A stretch of DNA of 64,000 nt from Octopus vulgaris (Eukaryota): NCBI GenBank assembly GCA_951406725.2, contig OX597821.1, positions 76,074,001 through 76,138,000 of the forward strand, read 5' to 3'. Below the pieces are notes generated by a model. The model made no database searches and had not been told where the DNA came from. It was given only the letters and a program-made list of their open reading frames with translations. Below are positions 14,058 to 28,929 of this stretch, in pieces; within the stretch, counting starts at the first letter, position 1; the number at the start of each line of letters is the position of its first letter. Both the position numbers and the translations under genes were made by a program.

Positions 14058-14876
14058 TTAGTTTCTTGTTTCAAACTAAACATTTCCTAAGCCCCGATTC
14101 TACAGTTCCAAACCTTTACAAACTCATTTTCAGCAATTGAAATAGATTTGGCGTCTGCATTTCCTCTTCTTGAATAATGGTCGAATTTTTATAGACTTTA
14201 CCCCCAAATATCTCTTTTACCACTTGGCTTTCACGTCAGCAGTCACATGTTAATTTGATGTGGTCATTTTTTTTTCCAACGCTACGTTTTCATGTTAGTA
14301 GTCACGTGTTGACTTTTCATGTGATGTTTTCGAAATTATTTTCGTATTGTGATGCGATATGAGTATGGCTTCTATGATTAACCGTGTATTTTTTGTGAGG
14401 GATATTATATTATTAAGCATTATCTAACAGCATGCAACAAAGATCAATCAGAACACTCTACAGCACGCACAAAAAGCACAGTTAAATAGAAAAATACCAG
14501 AGGATAAAACTTGCATACTTTGTAAAAATAGCACAAAATTTGAAGATTAATCATGGAAACCAAGCTCGTATCAGAGCAAAATACCCAAATACACACGCAA
14601 GCAACACAAAGCGACAATTTAACGTGTGATATAAAAACCTGGGGTTAAAAAGAATAAAGAGTTTAATCACTGCAACAGAAATGACCACGTGACTGCTGAC
14701 GTAGGCACTTAACGGTCAAAAATATTTTCATAAGAAGTCTACAAAAATTTGTCCAACATATGAAAAAAAACGCTGACGCCAAATCTATTTCGTTTCTTGA
14801 AAATGGGACAGTGACGGTGTGTAAATTTAGAAGATAGATTTAGAAACTTTATTCTCTTAAATCAACAGGAAACTGA
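14058..14876. mobile_element. non-autonomous DNA transposon with long degenerate TIRs
   Basis: gaaatagatttggcgtc (14139) vs gacgccaaatctatttc (14775); acgtcagcagtcaca (14233) vs cgtgactgctgacgt (14688); agtttcttgtt vs caacaggaaact at the ends. Confidence 0.7.
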
Positions 14877-14892
14877 TAGGAAAAGTTTGTTC

Positions 14893-15100
14893 CTACTCTA
14901 GGCACAAGGTGCGAAATTTTGGGGGAGGAATCAGACGATTAGATCAACTCCAGTACGCAACTGGTACTTAATTTATCGACCCCAAAAGGAAGAAAGGCAA
15001 AGTCGATCTCGGCAGAATTTGAACTCAGAACGTAAAGACAGACGAAATACCTCTAAGCATTTCGCCCGGCATGCTGACGTTTCTGCCAGCTCGCCGCCTT
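14893..15100 (-). mobile_element. SINE family B, full length
   Basis: Head aaggcggcgagctggcagaa...gagttcaaattc; tail ccttgtgcctagagtag. Confidence 0.9.
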
Positions 15101-15130
15101 CTAGTAGAGAGACATTAAAAATCTTTAATA

Positions 15131-15282
15131 TGGCTGTGTGGTAAATAGCTTGTTTACCAACCACATGGTTCCGGGTTCACTCCCACTGCGTGGCACTTTG
15201 GGCAAGAGTCTTCTACCATAGCCTCGGGCCGACCAATGCTTTGTGAGTGGATTTGGTAGACCGAAACTGAAAAAAGCTCGTC

Positions 15283-15325
<43 letters not shown>

Positions 15326-15550
15326 TATATATGCATATGTGTGTGTGCTTGTGTCTTTGTGTATGTCACCCCAACATCGCTTGACAACCGATGCTGGTGT
15401 ATTTACGTTCTCGTAACTTAGCGGTTCGGCAAAGAGACCGATAGAATAAGTACTAGGCTTACAAAGAATACGTCCTGGGGACGATTTGTTCGACTAAAGG
15501 CGATACCCTAGCATGGCTGCAGTCAACTGACTTAAACAAATAAAAGAAAA
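15131..15550 (+). mobile_element. SINE family A copy
   Basis: Similar to 1232-1680. Confidence 0.9.
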
Positions 15551-15857
15551 GTAAGGAACAGTGTGACGGGTTTAATAGAATACGTACACACATATACATT
15601 GTATGTATACATATGTGTGTGTATGTATGTGTGTGTACTATTTTTGGGCCATGTATTGACATACGTGCTTTTTCCGGACTATATGCTTCATCCTCTCCTC
15701 CAAGTTCTTGTTCTTTCATTTAACAAAATGCTGTGCTCGAAATATCATTTCCATTAAGACTTTCCCATCTAATAAATTTACGGTATATATCATACTAACT
15801 TTTCTTGTTTTATTCTGTATTTTCTCTTTTTCATACTTGGATTTGCCTGTATGGGTG

Positions 15858-16022
15858 CAGGCGTGGATGAATAGCAAGAAATTTACTTCCTAGCTGCATG
15901 GTTTCAGGTTCAGTTCCACTGCGTAGCACCTGGGGCACGTACCTTCTATTATAGCCTCGGACCGACAAAAGCCTTGTGAGTGAGAGGACTTGGTAGACGT
16001 AAATTGAACGAAGCTCTTCGTA
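15858..16022 (+). mobile_element. SINE family A, 5' half
   Basis: caggttcagttccactgcg...tatagcctcggaccgac. Confidence 0.75.
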
Positions 16023-16024
16023 CA

Positions 16025-16820
16025 TGAAGGTTTCGAATGATTTGTCTGTGTTCCGTGTTCGTCCCTTCCTGTGTTTCACGTTCATTATATATAAAAACAT
16101 TCATTCTTATATTATTGCGGCGTTACGTGCACCCCCCTGTTTGTTTGTCCAATTTTAAACCCTGCACGACTTCTATACACACTGTCTTTCCTGCCCGCCA
16201 TTGCTTCTTCACCAAACCTTTTGGCGCCCTCCGATTCTTCCCCTCACTTCCTCCCATCCTCCTCCCCTCTTCCTCCCATCCTCCTTAATCCCTTCTTTCT
16301 CCTTTTCTCTTGGTCACTGATTCTGTCCCCTGCCTTCCACCCTCTTTGATTCCCTCTCTCTCTGTCTCTCTTTCTCTCTCTCTCCTGCGACCTGCTGCTT
16401 CTTAAACCATTCTGTTGGCCTTCGTATCTCGACCAACATGTGTCCCCGCTACCGAAACGGTAATTATTTCTACGCCAGCTATGTTGTTGTTGTTTCTGTC
16501 TCATTTGGTCTAAAGTCGTATGACAACCACCGTTATATATGTTTTGTTTGTTCATTACCGTTTTCAATTTCGTTTTCGTCTCTTGTGTTTACATCCGTCT
16601 TGTGCGTTCACATTCCTATCTTCTACCAAGAAATCTAATGCTTACAGCTTAGTTTTTTTTTCTTGGGGCTGGCCGAGTTGGAGCAAATATCAGAATTGAA
16701 CAGCCGAAATTTGCTATGATGGTTCGGTGTCTGACTGAAGATTGAAGGCTTCGAATGATTTGTCTGTGTTCCGTGTTCGTCCCTTCCTGTGTTTCACGTT
16801 CATTATATATAAAAACATTC

Positions 16821-16823
<3 letters not shown>
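16025..16823 (+). mobile_element. non-coding element with about 80-bp terminal direct repeats (pLTR-like)
   Basis: tgaagg(t/c)ttcgaatgatttgtctgtgttccgtg...aaaaacattcatt at 16025-16105 and 16743-16823; followed by (TA)n; related to the minus-strand segment 13390-13545. Confidence 0.7.
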
Positions 16824-16856
<33 letters not shown>

Positions 16857-17049
16857 AAATAGTTACATATACATAAATCACATTATTGCAACTATATCCG
16901 TGTCAAGTGAATCTTTTTGTAAAGTTAAATACACAAATTTTTGACGTTGAAGAATATCGGCAAGTTGATTATGAAAAAGATAGAATTAAGATATATTTAC
17001 ATTAGATATAATAAAGAATGAAAAATATTTGAATATATAAGTTCATTCT

Positions 17050-17950
17050 GGTGATCGTTTATATTTCTAACTAACTTAAAGTAACTTCGGGTAGTACCTA
17101 CATTTACTGCACAGCTCTGATTTCAAGTTACAATAGTCAACAGTTATTAAGCTCACAAGTGTGAGATTTTTTATTACATACTCTATACGTTTAAATTATG
17201 TTTCGATTTGACTTTCATGGATCTTCTATTTGCCATCTAATGCAGTACTAAATACTTTCTAATTCCACACAACACATTGGCAAATAATTTCCATGTCTTT
17301 CCATTTCAATGTGTCCCGAAGATGTCAAGTTCAAATAACGTTCTTTAAATTTGCCCAAAAGATTTTAGCTCTTGGTATTTAGGCGATGGATTTTACTTCG
17401 GAAAGCTCTGTTCTATAGAAAATTGCTTCAGCGTTGCATCAATGGTTTGGGGAGTAAGAGATTCGTTTCTGCATGAATAGTTTACCTCACATGGTTTAGT
17501 CTTTGATGTTGATCGGACAACTATAGCATAGATTAAATTTATTTCTATTAAACATTTTCTAGTAATGGCAGATGATGAGGAAATTTTTAGATTGTGTATT
17601 GAAGCAATTATGGGTTAAACCAGATAATATTACGACATATCATCCTAGTTGTCAGTGTCGGGAGATTAGGGGTACATTAATTTTGATGTTCACTAATTTA
17701 CAAAGTGTTATTCTATAAGTGTAATGGTGTTGCTATATCGAAAGATTTCCATACTAACTAATGGGCCAAATATTATTTAAATTCGGAGTAGGTAAATAAG
17801 TGGTTTTTATCACTCGTATAAACAACTGCTGAGTTGTATATAGTATTTCATGGTGGACTTTAGCATTGCAGTAAAATTTCGATTTATCTTGCTTGAAACA
17901 TAATTTCTCAAAGGACATTCTTTTCATGAGTTATTTATAATTTAATCGCA
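17050..17950 (-). pseudogene. highly decayed Penelope-like RT/GIY-YIG ORF
   Basis: Minus-strand remnants RNIIWFNP* (about 17610-17635), FKERYLN (about 17330-17350), IRWQI and NLKSELCSKCR (about 17095-17130) resemble conserved blocks of invertebrate Penelope-like ORFs. Confidence 0.6.
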
Positions 17951-19059
17951 TTAAGCTGAAGTAAAATGAAGCAGGCACTCGTCCAAATGAAAGCTTTTAT
18001 ACAGAATAATAACTATTTTAACTAATATTCTTTTGAAAGACATGGTACTATAATTTTCATTCTCTTTGTTCGAGAGAGCAGTGTAAATAAAAAGCATAGA
18101 AGAATTTTTGTCCCCAACAGAAAAGAAATACCAAAAATACAACCATAACATTTTGAACAAGCTTGTTTACACCCACTTATTCATCAGCCAATTTTAGTTC
18201 ATAGATAGGTAACATTTGAAGTTAGATCATTACTACAATTATCTTTGGGGCTTGCAGTCAGCAGATATAGTCATGTGGCTAAGAAGTTTGCTGGTTCCAG
18301 CTGTGATCGCTTGGACAAAGACATTTGTAAAATAGATTCCACTCAACCCAATTTTTATTTGGGAAATTGGTGAACTGTTAGTCGCATTGTATTTGTTCTT
18401 GAATAGTATATACTTAATCCATCACCTGCGGTAACCACATCTTTGTCTTTTTCAAAATAAGCTACAATCAGAGAATGAATCGAACACCCAAGACATTTAC
18501 AGGTTCCCTGTGAGGTCTCTCATGAGTGCTACGGGTAACATGGAATCCAGTACAACCAGTTGCCTGGTTGGAATGTCGGTGATTAAACCAGCATTCCCGC
18601 TAGGCTTGCCTAGTGAGGACGGTTGCTAGAAACCTAGTAGGACCCTAAACAAGACTTGTCAAAAGGACGGATGATCATAACAATAGGTTTAATAACTACC
18701 TAGCAATAGCACGGATCCTCATAAATTCCGGATTGGTGTCTGGTGTGCTGGATGACCAATGGGAGTGAGACACCCTTTAGGTTTTGTTAAAGCATTCCAT
18801 AGAACCCACCTCAGACCCCTGCTACATATGCTCCGATAATCGGTGGTGACTTCATCAGCGAAACCTCTGCGACGGTCGACAATTGATGGCAAGACGAGCT
18901 GTTACGGATAACTCTATCACAAAGTGTATATGCATGTGAATGGGAAGCACATATAAATATGTATTTCCATGGAAACTCCGAACATAAGGGAACTGTACCT
19001 TATTTACATTATTTACATTTGACAGATATTTGATATTTCTCCTCATCTTGTTTGTTGTT

Positions 19060-19105
19060 AACACAACGTTTCGGCTGATATACCCTCCAGCCTTCATCAG
19101 GTGTC
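19060..19105 (-). ncRNA. minimal type I hammerhead ribozyme motif, intact core
   Basis: GACAC CTGATGA A GGCTG gagggtatat CAGCC GAAA CG TT^GTGTT: 5-bp stem I, 5-bp stem II, palindromic helix III (ACGT). Confidence 0.8.
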
Positions 19106-19158
19106 TTGGGAAATTTCGAACCTGGGTTTTCATCCCCAAGGTATTTTTCGATGTTGTT

Positions 19159-19276
<118 letters not shown>

Positions 19277-19350
19277 TCACTGCTTGGAATCGGAATCAGA
19301 ATCTTGGGGTTAGAAGCCCTCGATCTTAACCACTCCGCCATATGCCCGTG

Positions 19351-19396
19351 GGCACCTGATGAAGGCTGGAGGGTATATCAGCCGAAACGTTGTATT
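19351..19396 (+). ncRNA. minimal hammerhead motif (inverted copy)
   Basis: GGCAC CTGATGA A GGCTG...CAGCC GAAA CG TT GTATT; one stem I mismatch. Confidence 0.75.
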
Positions 19397-20557
19397 AACA
19401 ACTAACAAGATGAGGACAAATATCCGTCAAATGTAAATAATGTAAACAATGTACATAATTCCTCATCTCTTAAATATAGAACTGTACGAGGGAACTGGTT
19501 GGTCGAAGCCGGCTTAGCCCACACTAGGGTGAATGCCACCACAAGTACAAGTAGTATCTTTGCAGAGCCTTGTATTTGGTAAAGGAGGGCTCTGCTCCAG
19601 TCTTATTCTCTTTCTTTTTTTTTAGTTAAGGGCAGTTACGATGGAGTAAAACTAACCACCTTTATAGATCTCTGCTGCAAGCATACGGGTAACTGAATAT
19701 CTTGATGCGATATTTTCCACGGCCAAAACATCAAAACCTTGGTAAGTTCTTAGTTCCTTTAATCTAAGAAAAAATTCAAAGATTGCAAGCGCTATTCTTA
19801 AACAGTTTGCAAAAAACATTTAAAAGAAAGCCACAACCCAGTTGTTGGTTAGGGGACACACAAACACTTTCCAAAAATAATAGACACACTCACACCTCCA
19901 CCATACACATAGCCTATTTACACACATATGTAAATAAACATTGAAATTAAATATATCTATACACATACTAAACATACAGCAAATATATACACACAAACAT
20001 ACCCACATATAATCTACTTACACGCACTCACACACACACACACACACATATACCCTTCAAATACCAAAACACAAACGCACACACATACCAGCCAACCTAC
20101 ATCTACTAGATAAACACCTACATAAACTTCTAGAAAAAAAAACGCAACAACCACGTACATAATTAACTCACACATACATTTTCAACTGACACTAATAACT
20201 TTCAAATCACACACACACACATACCTATACACACATACATATGTGGGTATATAGTGTAAAGCTATTTTACAAGCGCTCATAACTTATGCTAACTCATCGT
20301 CCATTGTCTCCCCTTGCATCCCGTGTTTAGCTCCCTGCTACCAAAGACTAGATTCTCACTTAAACTATCAGGCGTCACACACTTTAATGCATCTCCTTTC
20401 TCTTTCTCTTACTTGTTCGTCTCCACTAATCTTTCCGGTTCTCCTTTAATTTCTCCTCTTCCCGATTTCCCAATAAATGACGTTCCTTTTCCTTAAGTGT
20501 AACGATTATTTAAATCTTCTTGATCTTTTTTCTTTTTTTTTTAGTATTTCCTTTTCA

Positions 20558-20558
20558 C

Positions 20559-20629
<71 letters not shown>

Positions 20630-20671
20630 TGTAGATAGATAGATAAATAGATAGATAGATAGATAGATATG

Positions 20672-20738
<67 letters not shown>

Positions 20739-20767
20739 TTGGATAGATGGATGGACAGATGGATGGA
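20558..20767. repeat. (AGAT)n microsatellite
   Basis: Direct reading. Confidence 0.95.
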
Positions 20768-21240
20768 TTATATTTATACATAAATTGAATGACAAGGGAA
20801 AAAAATTGCGTAATTAACTTCATTAGCTTGCAGCTGTTTCTGCTAATGAGAAGCAGTGCACTCAAAGCTTACTCGGTCGTCGCTTTAAGGACTCTGAGGG
20901 AGCTATAAGACGATGCACTTTGCAACAACGAGCAGATTACGTTGCACAACGTGAAACCAAACTACATAAACACATCAGCAGACAACAGACACACACATAT
21001 TTATTAACACACACACAGACACACACAGTGCTATGTGAAAGATAATAAGCCTAATACCAAAAACCACATTTTTTTTATTTAAAAGAATTAACTGCACCTC
21101 TTGGGGATACATCACAATTATCAAATACCAAAATACCGGTTGAGACTGGCTCAATATGTAAAGGGAAAATAGTCCCAAGAATCATGGTCTCCAAATTTGA
21201 TGTGCTGGTAAAGAAAATGGACAGATAATTAGGTAGAAAG

Positions 21241-21285
21241 TTGGAGACACCTGTTTCTCTTTTAATGGCATCTTCAGCGCGTCAA
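21241..21285 (-). ncRNA. degenerate hammerhead motif
   Basis: CTGAAGA TGCC attaaaaga GAAA CAGGTG TC; stems I and II eroded. Confidence 0.35.
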
Positions 21286-21330
21286 TTGTCCAACTTTATT
21301 TCCAGTATCAAAGGGAGTTAGATATATATA

Positions 21331-21728
21331 TCTATATATATAAAAGTGAGGTTGTGTGGTGTCTCTCTCCTACGATTTAGATTCCTAACTACTCCCACAT
21401 TTTGCGGTGCAGTGTAACCAAAAGCGGGTATCTTATAGTCGTGATACATATCGAGCCCTTCTGGGTATTAGCGCGCGTCTACGATGAGTCTACGATTTAA
21501 AAAAATTTACCATCATTTTTTCCTATTTTTAATGCATTTTTTTGCTATTATATAAGGGAAGTAACTCTCTAAAAATGTATTATTAAATCTCAGAACGTAA
21601 AAAGCTACAGTAACACCCCCCCGCTTTGTGGTTAGCCATATTGAGATGGCTATTATACTTTACATCTCTAAAAATGCTTATATAGTTATTTCCCTTACAA
21701 ACCGAGCAACGCTGGGCGATACTGCTAG
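21331..21728 (+). mobile_element. non-autonomous Helitron
   Basis: 5' TC (tctatatatataaaag), subterminal GC-rich ccgagcaacgctggg, 3' CTAG; inserted between A and T; 3' end shared with 57156-57532. Confidence 0.8.
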
Positions 21729-23039
21729 TATATATATAAAAGGAGATTTAGGTAATTTGTATGATTTAAACAAAAATTAGCCAAGTGAAGTAGGTCAGAG
21801 TGGCTAGAGTGGCTGGTGGCATGAACAAGCGCAAATACATGTAGAGCAAACACCACAGACAATAAATTCCTGATTTATTAAATATATCTCCGCCCCTGGA
21901 AGGCGGTCATATCTACTCAGTAGATTTCTCTATAAGAATAAGGGTCTTATAAAGAGAAGTACTGTTCATAACCAGGATCGGATGAAAAGTCATAGTGGAC
22001 CTAAGCACTTAGAAGTTTTCAGTGCATCCCTATATAGATGTAATTTTAAAAAATAATATACAGTAGAATAATTTTTTTTATTTATTTATCAAAATGAAAC
22101 AAAACTAACAGTTAGATGGAAAATAATGTTTATTTTTTGTATACTTCCACTTTATATTTGAAAAGTTTTCTCCCACTTTTTTCATTTGCGAAGGCTGTGA
22201 TCAAAATTAATCATATGTAACACATTTGCTTCTTGACTTAGTAGAGATAAGACATCCCGAACATTATTTCAGCAAGTTTAAAGGGATTTCTTTTGTGCCG
22301 TAAGCCACTTACCTTTTTTGTGGTCGCCCTCACCGTTTCCTTGATGTCCTAATCACGTACTTATTTTGCTTAATGTTTAATCCAACGTAGCACAGTACAC
22401 AACACCAAAATAAACGTATAGGTGATACATACGAGTCGTGAACAAAATTTAAACGCTAATTTGACGAGGTATAATTGATTCAAACTGTTGGATTTATATC
22501 TAAAAGTCTAAGTCAAGATTCTTATAATATCGTCTTCCCCAATCCCATTGTTCCTGCTTGTAATAAAGAGGCAATGATATGCACCAACTGCACTTCATTC
22601 TGAAGCTGAGACTATGAAAGGTGTACAAACGTTGAGGCTCGATTGAAATGTATCACTCTCCCTAACAAACTTCAAAGAACTCATAAAACAGAAACAAATA
22701 AAGAAAAATAATAAAATTAAACACATTCGTGGGTTTAATACAACACACACATATACATACGCATATACACACATATAATGATTGGTAAGAGATGAGAGAA
22801 AGAAAGAGGGAGAGAGAGAGAGCTGCATTGCAAACGTGCAGCAAATTATATGACGATATTTCTCTATAACATACGGAAATATATTTGAAGAAAGATACAT
22901 ATCCTGTAAATATTTAGAAAGGTAGATAGGTTGATATAGAGAGGGGAAGAAAGAGAGAAAGACAGAGAAAGAGAGAAAAACTGACAGGCAGACAGATAGA
23001 CACACAGAAACACAGACATACAGACTGACAGGTAGACAG

Positions 23040-23080
<41 letters not shown>

Positions 23081-23111
23081 TCTCTCTCTCATTCTTTCTA
23101 ACTCTCCCTCT

Positions 23112-23152
<41 letters not shown>

Positions 23153-23913
23153 AAGAGAGAGAGAGAGAAACAGTCATACAGACAGATAGGTAGATAGCTC
23201 TCTCGTTGTTTCTAACTCTCTCTCTCTTTCTCTCTCTTTATATATATATATACAGAGAGAGAGAGAGAGGGAAAGAAAGAAAGACAGAAGAGACAGAGAC
23301 AGATAGGTAGATAGATAGATTTCATTATTTCTACTCTTTCATTACAATGGACGAGAAGTCTATAAATCAGACTTTAAATGTCAAAATTTCAAACGAAGAA
23401 GAAGAGAACGTTTGATTTATCGCAGCAATTGTTACTGTTAGAGGACTTCCAATGACATTTTCGCTGTAAAGCCATTCAGTATGTGAGTGTTGTGCATAGG
23501 CTTTCTTTAGACTACTCAGGAAGATAGTAGGACACCGGTGTTAAAAAGACAAGATTCAGTAATGAAAGGGAATTATTCGCCTGGGTAAGTCTTTTAACCT
23601 GCTTGCAACTACTGCGCTGATTCTTTTATCGATGTTCTCCGCAGAAGCAGACGAAAATGCCACTTGAAGGAATGGTCAGAGTATTAGGAACGTGCCATAA
23701 ATCAAAGTTGCCAGCACCCGCTGCTACAATAGATAAGTTACATTGAATAAATAAGAGTGGATGAGCGAGAAAGATGTTGTATGATGTATGTATAGGCGTG
23801 CTGTATGTATATATGTATGTATGTATGCGTATATATATATATATATGTATTAGTGTGCGTGCTTGTGTATGAATGCATATATGTGCATATATGTATGTGT
23901 GTATGTGTGTATG

Positions 23914-23948
<35 letters not shown>

Positions 23949-24165
23949 GCATTATATATATATAATACACACACATATCTGTGTGTCTGTGCGTGTGTGT
24001 ATTCAGCGGGAGAGGGAGAGAAAGAGAGATGGCTAGCAAAGAAAGCGAGAACAGTGAAAAGAGAAACTGTGAAGAGGAGGAAAAGCAGAAAAAAATTTGA
24101 TAATTTGTAATTTTCAATGTATATATGTATATGTATATATATGTATATATATGTATATGTATATG

Positions 24166-24207
<42 letters not shown>

Positions 24208-24275
24208 TACATATATACATATATACATATATATATATATACATACATACATACATACATACATACATACATACA

Positions 24276-24352
<77 letters not shown>

Positions 24353-25975
24353 GCGTGTGTGCGCGCACACACACACACACAAAGAAGTGGAGGAGAGAAA
24401 ATGAAAAAGATATAGAAAGTAATGGTGGATTTTAAAATGTCGAAATAGTAAAGAATTGACTGGAGAGAGATAATGTTGTTGTTGGAAGAGATAGAGTCGA
24501 GAGAGAACTATTTAGATAACGTAAAAGAAATTTGATAGGATGAAATAAGATGAGCCGGTAATGAAGGAAGCTTGGAACCATTCAAGGAGAGAATGTGAAG
24601 ATAGAGACAATATATAACCAACCTAATGATGCTTGTATTATTTCTGAATAGTCATTCTATTTATTAAAGACACACTAAGTAGCGACTGAGGTAAAGATTT
24701 ACCAAAATGTAAAAGATTTATATTAAGAAGTGCAGCAACAAGAACGTTTAGAAGTACACTTTATCAGAACCGAGGCTGGATAAGGGGAATGGCGAAAGTG
24801 TGTAATACTACTGTGAAACCGTAAAAAAATAATAGTGCATGTGACCAGAGATACGATTATATGACTCTATCAAAAGTACATAACATTGTTTCTAATGAAA
24901 TCTATTTATCGAAGGATATATAAATAAATGTCTGCCCCAATAAGACTTCTACCACTGCCACCGCCGCCGCCGCCGCCGCCGCCCTGTTCGATCAACCTAT
25001 TTACATATCCTTTCGAACTTTGTCGCTCTCTAACCTTATCGACAATTGACAAACTACTGTTAAGATATTAAATATAACCTTACAGACTTTGTCGACGTTT
25101 TGCTGCAGCTCGTTAGAAAAATGACTTGAAATCAACGAAAGCATGCTCTGCTACTGAAGGTCATAGGAAAATCTTCTCTGCAACGATTCCATAAAACATC
25201 CCTAGAGATGTAAAACTGACTTCGTGTCTGAATATCTGGTGATGTGTCTTTTCCTTGTTACTCTTTCCTTTTATATTTTCTTTTGTTTTGCTTTTCTCCT
25301 CGGGTTTGTGCGATTCCAGTAGCCAAACTGATCGTCAGATAGTAAAGACTGGCATTTCTTGCCCAAAGTTCTGCATCGGTGCACAATCTTTATCCCTCAT
25401 TGACTTCAGCAGATGACTTTTGGCATCGTACAATGACATATGTCAGTAAAATATGGCCGAACCACAACGATGTGTTTCGCCGACCGTGTGTTCGCACGTC
25501 GGATACTTTCTCATCACTTCAGTTAGTTTGGGAACACCAATCAGCAATATGTTTGTAACAAAAGAGAGTAAGGGGATAAGAACAGCAGTAGAGAAAGAGA
25601 GAGAGAGAGATGGAAAACCAACGACAGGAGAGAAATAGTGAGAAAAATAGGAGGAAAAGAAAGAAGAGAGAAGACTATTTTCGAGTGAAGTAGAAATAAT
25701 TAACTTATGGGAACCATTGAAAAGAAAGATATGCCTACAGCAGACGACAGGAGGAGAGACAAATGTTAGGCACACATACATTCACACACATATAAATATA
25801 CAACCACACATACACATACACAAGCACACACATAATGATTTATATACATCTATAAATACCAGCATAAGTACATACATAATATACATACATAAATGAAAAG
25901 AGAAAATGATGTGTAGAAAATAGTTTATAGAGAGATAAATAAACAATACAATGGTAACAACCTGCATAGAAAGGG

Positions 25976-26017
<42 letters not shown>

Positions 26018-26602
26018 GTGTGTGCGTGCGTGCGTGTGTGTGTGTGTGTGCGTGTGTGTGTGTGCGTGCGCGCGTGTGTATGTGTGTGTGTGCGTGTGTG
26101 TGTGTGTGTTTGTGTGTATAATTCTGGTCTTGTTCAGAAGTGGAGTAAGGAGAACGAGGTGTTGTTGTATAGCCCCCAAGTCAACTCAAACGAAGAAGAG
26201 CGTTCCGGCCGGGACCGTCTCGTTTTTCCCCTATGTGTAGGAAACTTCAAACCCGCATTATCTAAAGTCTTTTTTTAACGATGTATATTTGACTGTTACT
26301 TTTAGCAAGTCGAGAAAACGTGTGGAGACTTCCCGATTTGGAATGAGGAATGAAGAAAGAGAGAGAGAAGAGAGAGAAGAGGGTAGTGTGACAGAGAGGA
26401 GGGCGAAGGAAGGAAGGAAGGAAAGCAGTGAAGGGGTGCTTAGTCAGCGAAAGAGATATAAAAAAGAATTAGGACTGAGAGGAAGAGGTACTTGAGATAA
26501 AGGGGAAAGAGAGAGAGAGAGAGAGAGAGATGAGTGTGTGTATGGGTATATATCTATATGTATATCTATCTATATATCTATCTACCTATCTATCTATCTA
26601 TC

Positions 26603-26671
<69 letters not shown>

Positions 26672-26686
26672 GTGTATATCAATATG

Positions 26687-26737
<51 letters not shown>

Positions 26738-26901
26738 GTATTTTTGTGTGTATATATATATGTATATATATATGTGTGTGTGTGTGTGTATATATGTATG
26801 TATATATATATGTATGTATGTATGTTTGTAGGTATGTATAGATAAATATTGTTGAAAGCTACAGAAACGGGTAGACAAACAGAAAGAAAGAGATAAGGGA
26901 T

Positions 26902-26943
<42 letters not shown>

Positions 26944-27025
26944 GGGTAGAAGGGGGTTGTAGTTAGAAACCAACGACAGAAAGGGTGGATCAGAAAAGAT
27001 AGGATAGTGTTTATGACAGGTGTTT

Positions 27026-27063
27026 GTAGCAGCAGCAAAAGCAACTGCAACAGCAGCAGTATC

Positions 27064-27132
<69 letters not shown>

Positions 27133-27133
27133 T

Positions 27134-27218
<85 letters not shown>

Positions 27219-27220
27219 CA
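27026..27220. repeat. (AGT)n/(AGC)n compound microsatellite
   Basis: Direct reading. Confidence 0.95.
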
Positions 27221-27954
27221 AAGTAAGAACACAGGTGACAGAAGATATTTGGAAAATATGAGAGGAAAAGAAAGACAGAACCAACGAAAAGTAAGGGACG
27301 GGAAAGAGTGATACTTGATGGGAAATCAAGCGGTTTGGGATGATGGGGTGAAGACTGGATGGAAGATAATGGACGGAATAGTGCTGGCATCGCGAGAGGA
27401 AAACCTACGAAGACGGAAAAAAGCGAAATATAACAATGTAAGAATATAATTATGTTACACGTATTTGTTAGAGGTCATATTTGAGAAGTACTTCAGTTTC
27501 GCGATTCCGTTTTTATTATTATTTCTGTGGCGGTAGGACATCAACCGTCATGTTTTCCAGGACCTATCAGACCCATTGAAAAGAAGGGATGAGAGAGCAC
27601 CTGAATGTCGTACAACAAACAGGTGGTGCTGTTGGTCTTGGTGATGAACTCGTTCACTGCTAAAAGATAAAGCTTTCCAGCTGGGGTATCAACAATATTA
27701 TGTTGATAATCTAATTCAGTTAGTTACTGAAGCAATAGCTTCGGTACCTATCACTAGCTCTGGAATTGATAATTGTTACCATATTGTTACCAGTCTCATA
27801 ATGAGATCGACTGCAACATTTGGAAAATTCAGATCAGAGTCAAACGCTTATTAGTCTCGCAATGAAGCCAGCAGATACTGGATGTGCTGTTTCGCTTTAT
27901 GTTGAAGGAAGAGCTACAAGTTACCCATCCCCGAACTCAGGTCTTTCCTGTCTT

Positions 27955-28115
27955 TACGTTGCCTGTCTTTACGTTCTGAGTTCAAATGATGGTGAGGTCG
28001 ACTTGCTATTTCATTCTATCGGAGTCGATAAAAGAGGTACCAGTGGATTACTAGGTTCAATGAAATTGACTTCCTCCGAACCCTGAAACTCCAGGCCTTG
28101 TGCTTATAGTAGAAA
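27955..28115 (+). mobile_element. SINE family B, decayed
   Basis: ctttacgttctgagttcaaat...gaggtcgac...gtcgataaa...ggccttgtgc. Confidence 0.7.
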
Positions 28116-28387
28116 GGATATTTCTTTACAAAGTATTTCATCGCTGTCATCTATTGTTTAGAATTAAGGATTCCTACCTTATATACAAAATTTCCAATCT
28201 ACAAAATTATGCCCACCTAATCTACAAAAAAAAAATTAAATATTTTTCATTTTATGCATAGTAATCAGAGTAACATTCGTAATTTTATTGAATTAGGTGC
28301 ATATTTTGCCATAAAAGGAAAATGTTACTATCGATCTATTTTATTCAAGCTAGGCACTGCCTACCTAGGCGGCACGTCCCTGATATA

Positions 28388-28929
28388 CGAGGATGAGTCA
28401 AAAAGTAATGCCATTTTGTTTAGGACAGGTATAATTACCAACACAGGAACATGAATCATACATCAAACTGAAGCTGGTTTCCTGTGAATCACATCCTTAC
28501 TTCTCAACATAGTCACCGTTTCTCTCAATAGCAATGTTCCACTTTCGAATGAGAGCATGTATCCCTGCCCCGTAAAATTCTGTTGACTGTTCTTTGAGCC
28601 ACTTCTTCACTACAGTTTTCACTTCCTCGTCACTGGAATAATGATTGCCTCTCAAACCTTCTTTCATGGGGCCGAAGAGATGATAGTCTGAAGGCGCTAA
28701 ATCAGGCGGGTATGGAGGTAATGAAGAACAGTCAACAGAATTTTACGGGGCAGGGATATATACTTTCATTCGAAAGTGGAACATTGCTATTGAGAGAAAC
28801 GGTGACAATATTGAGAAGTAGGGATGTGATCCACAGAGGACCAGCTTCAGTTTGATGTATGATACATGTTCCTGTGTTGGTAATTATACCTGTCCTAAAC
28901 AAAATGGCATTACGTTTTGACTCACACTC

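Noticed and set aside
18490-18960. GC-richer structured block, possible LINE 5' UTR with HDV-like ribozyme
   Set aside because: Could not build the nested double pseudoknot by eye; left uncalled
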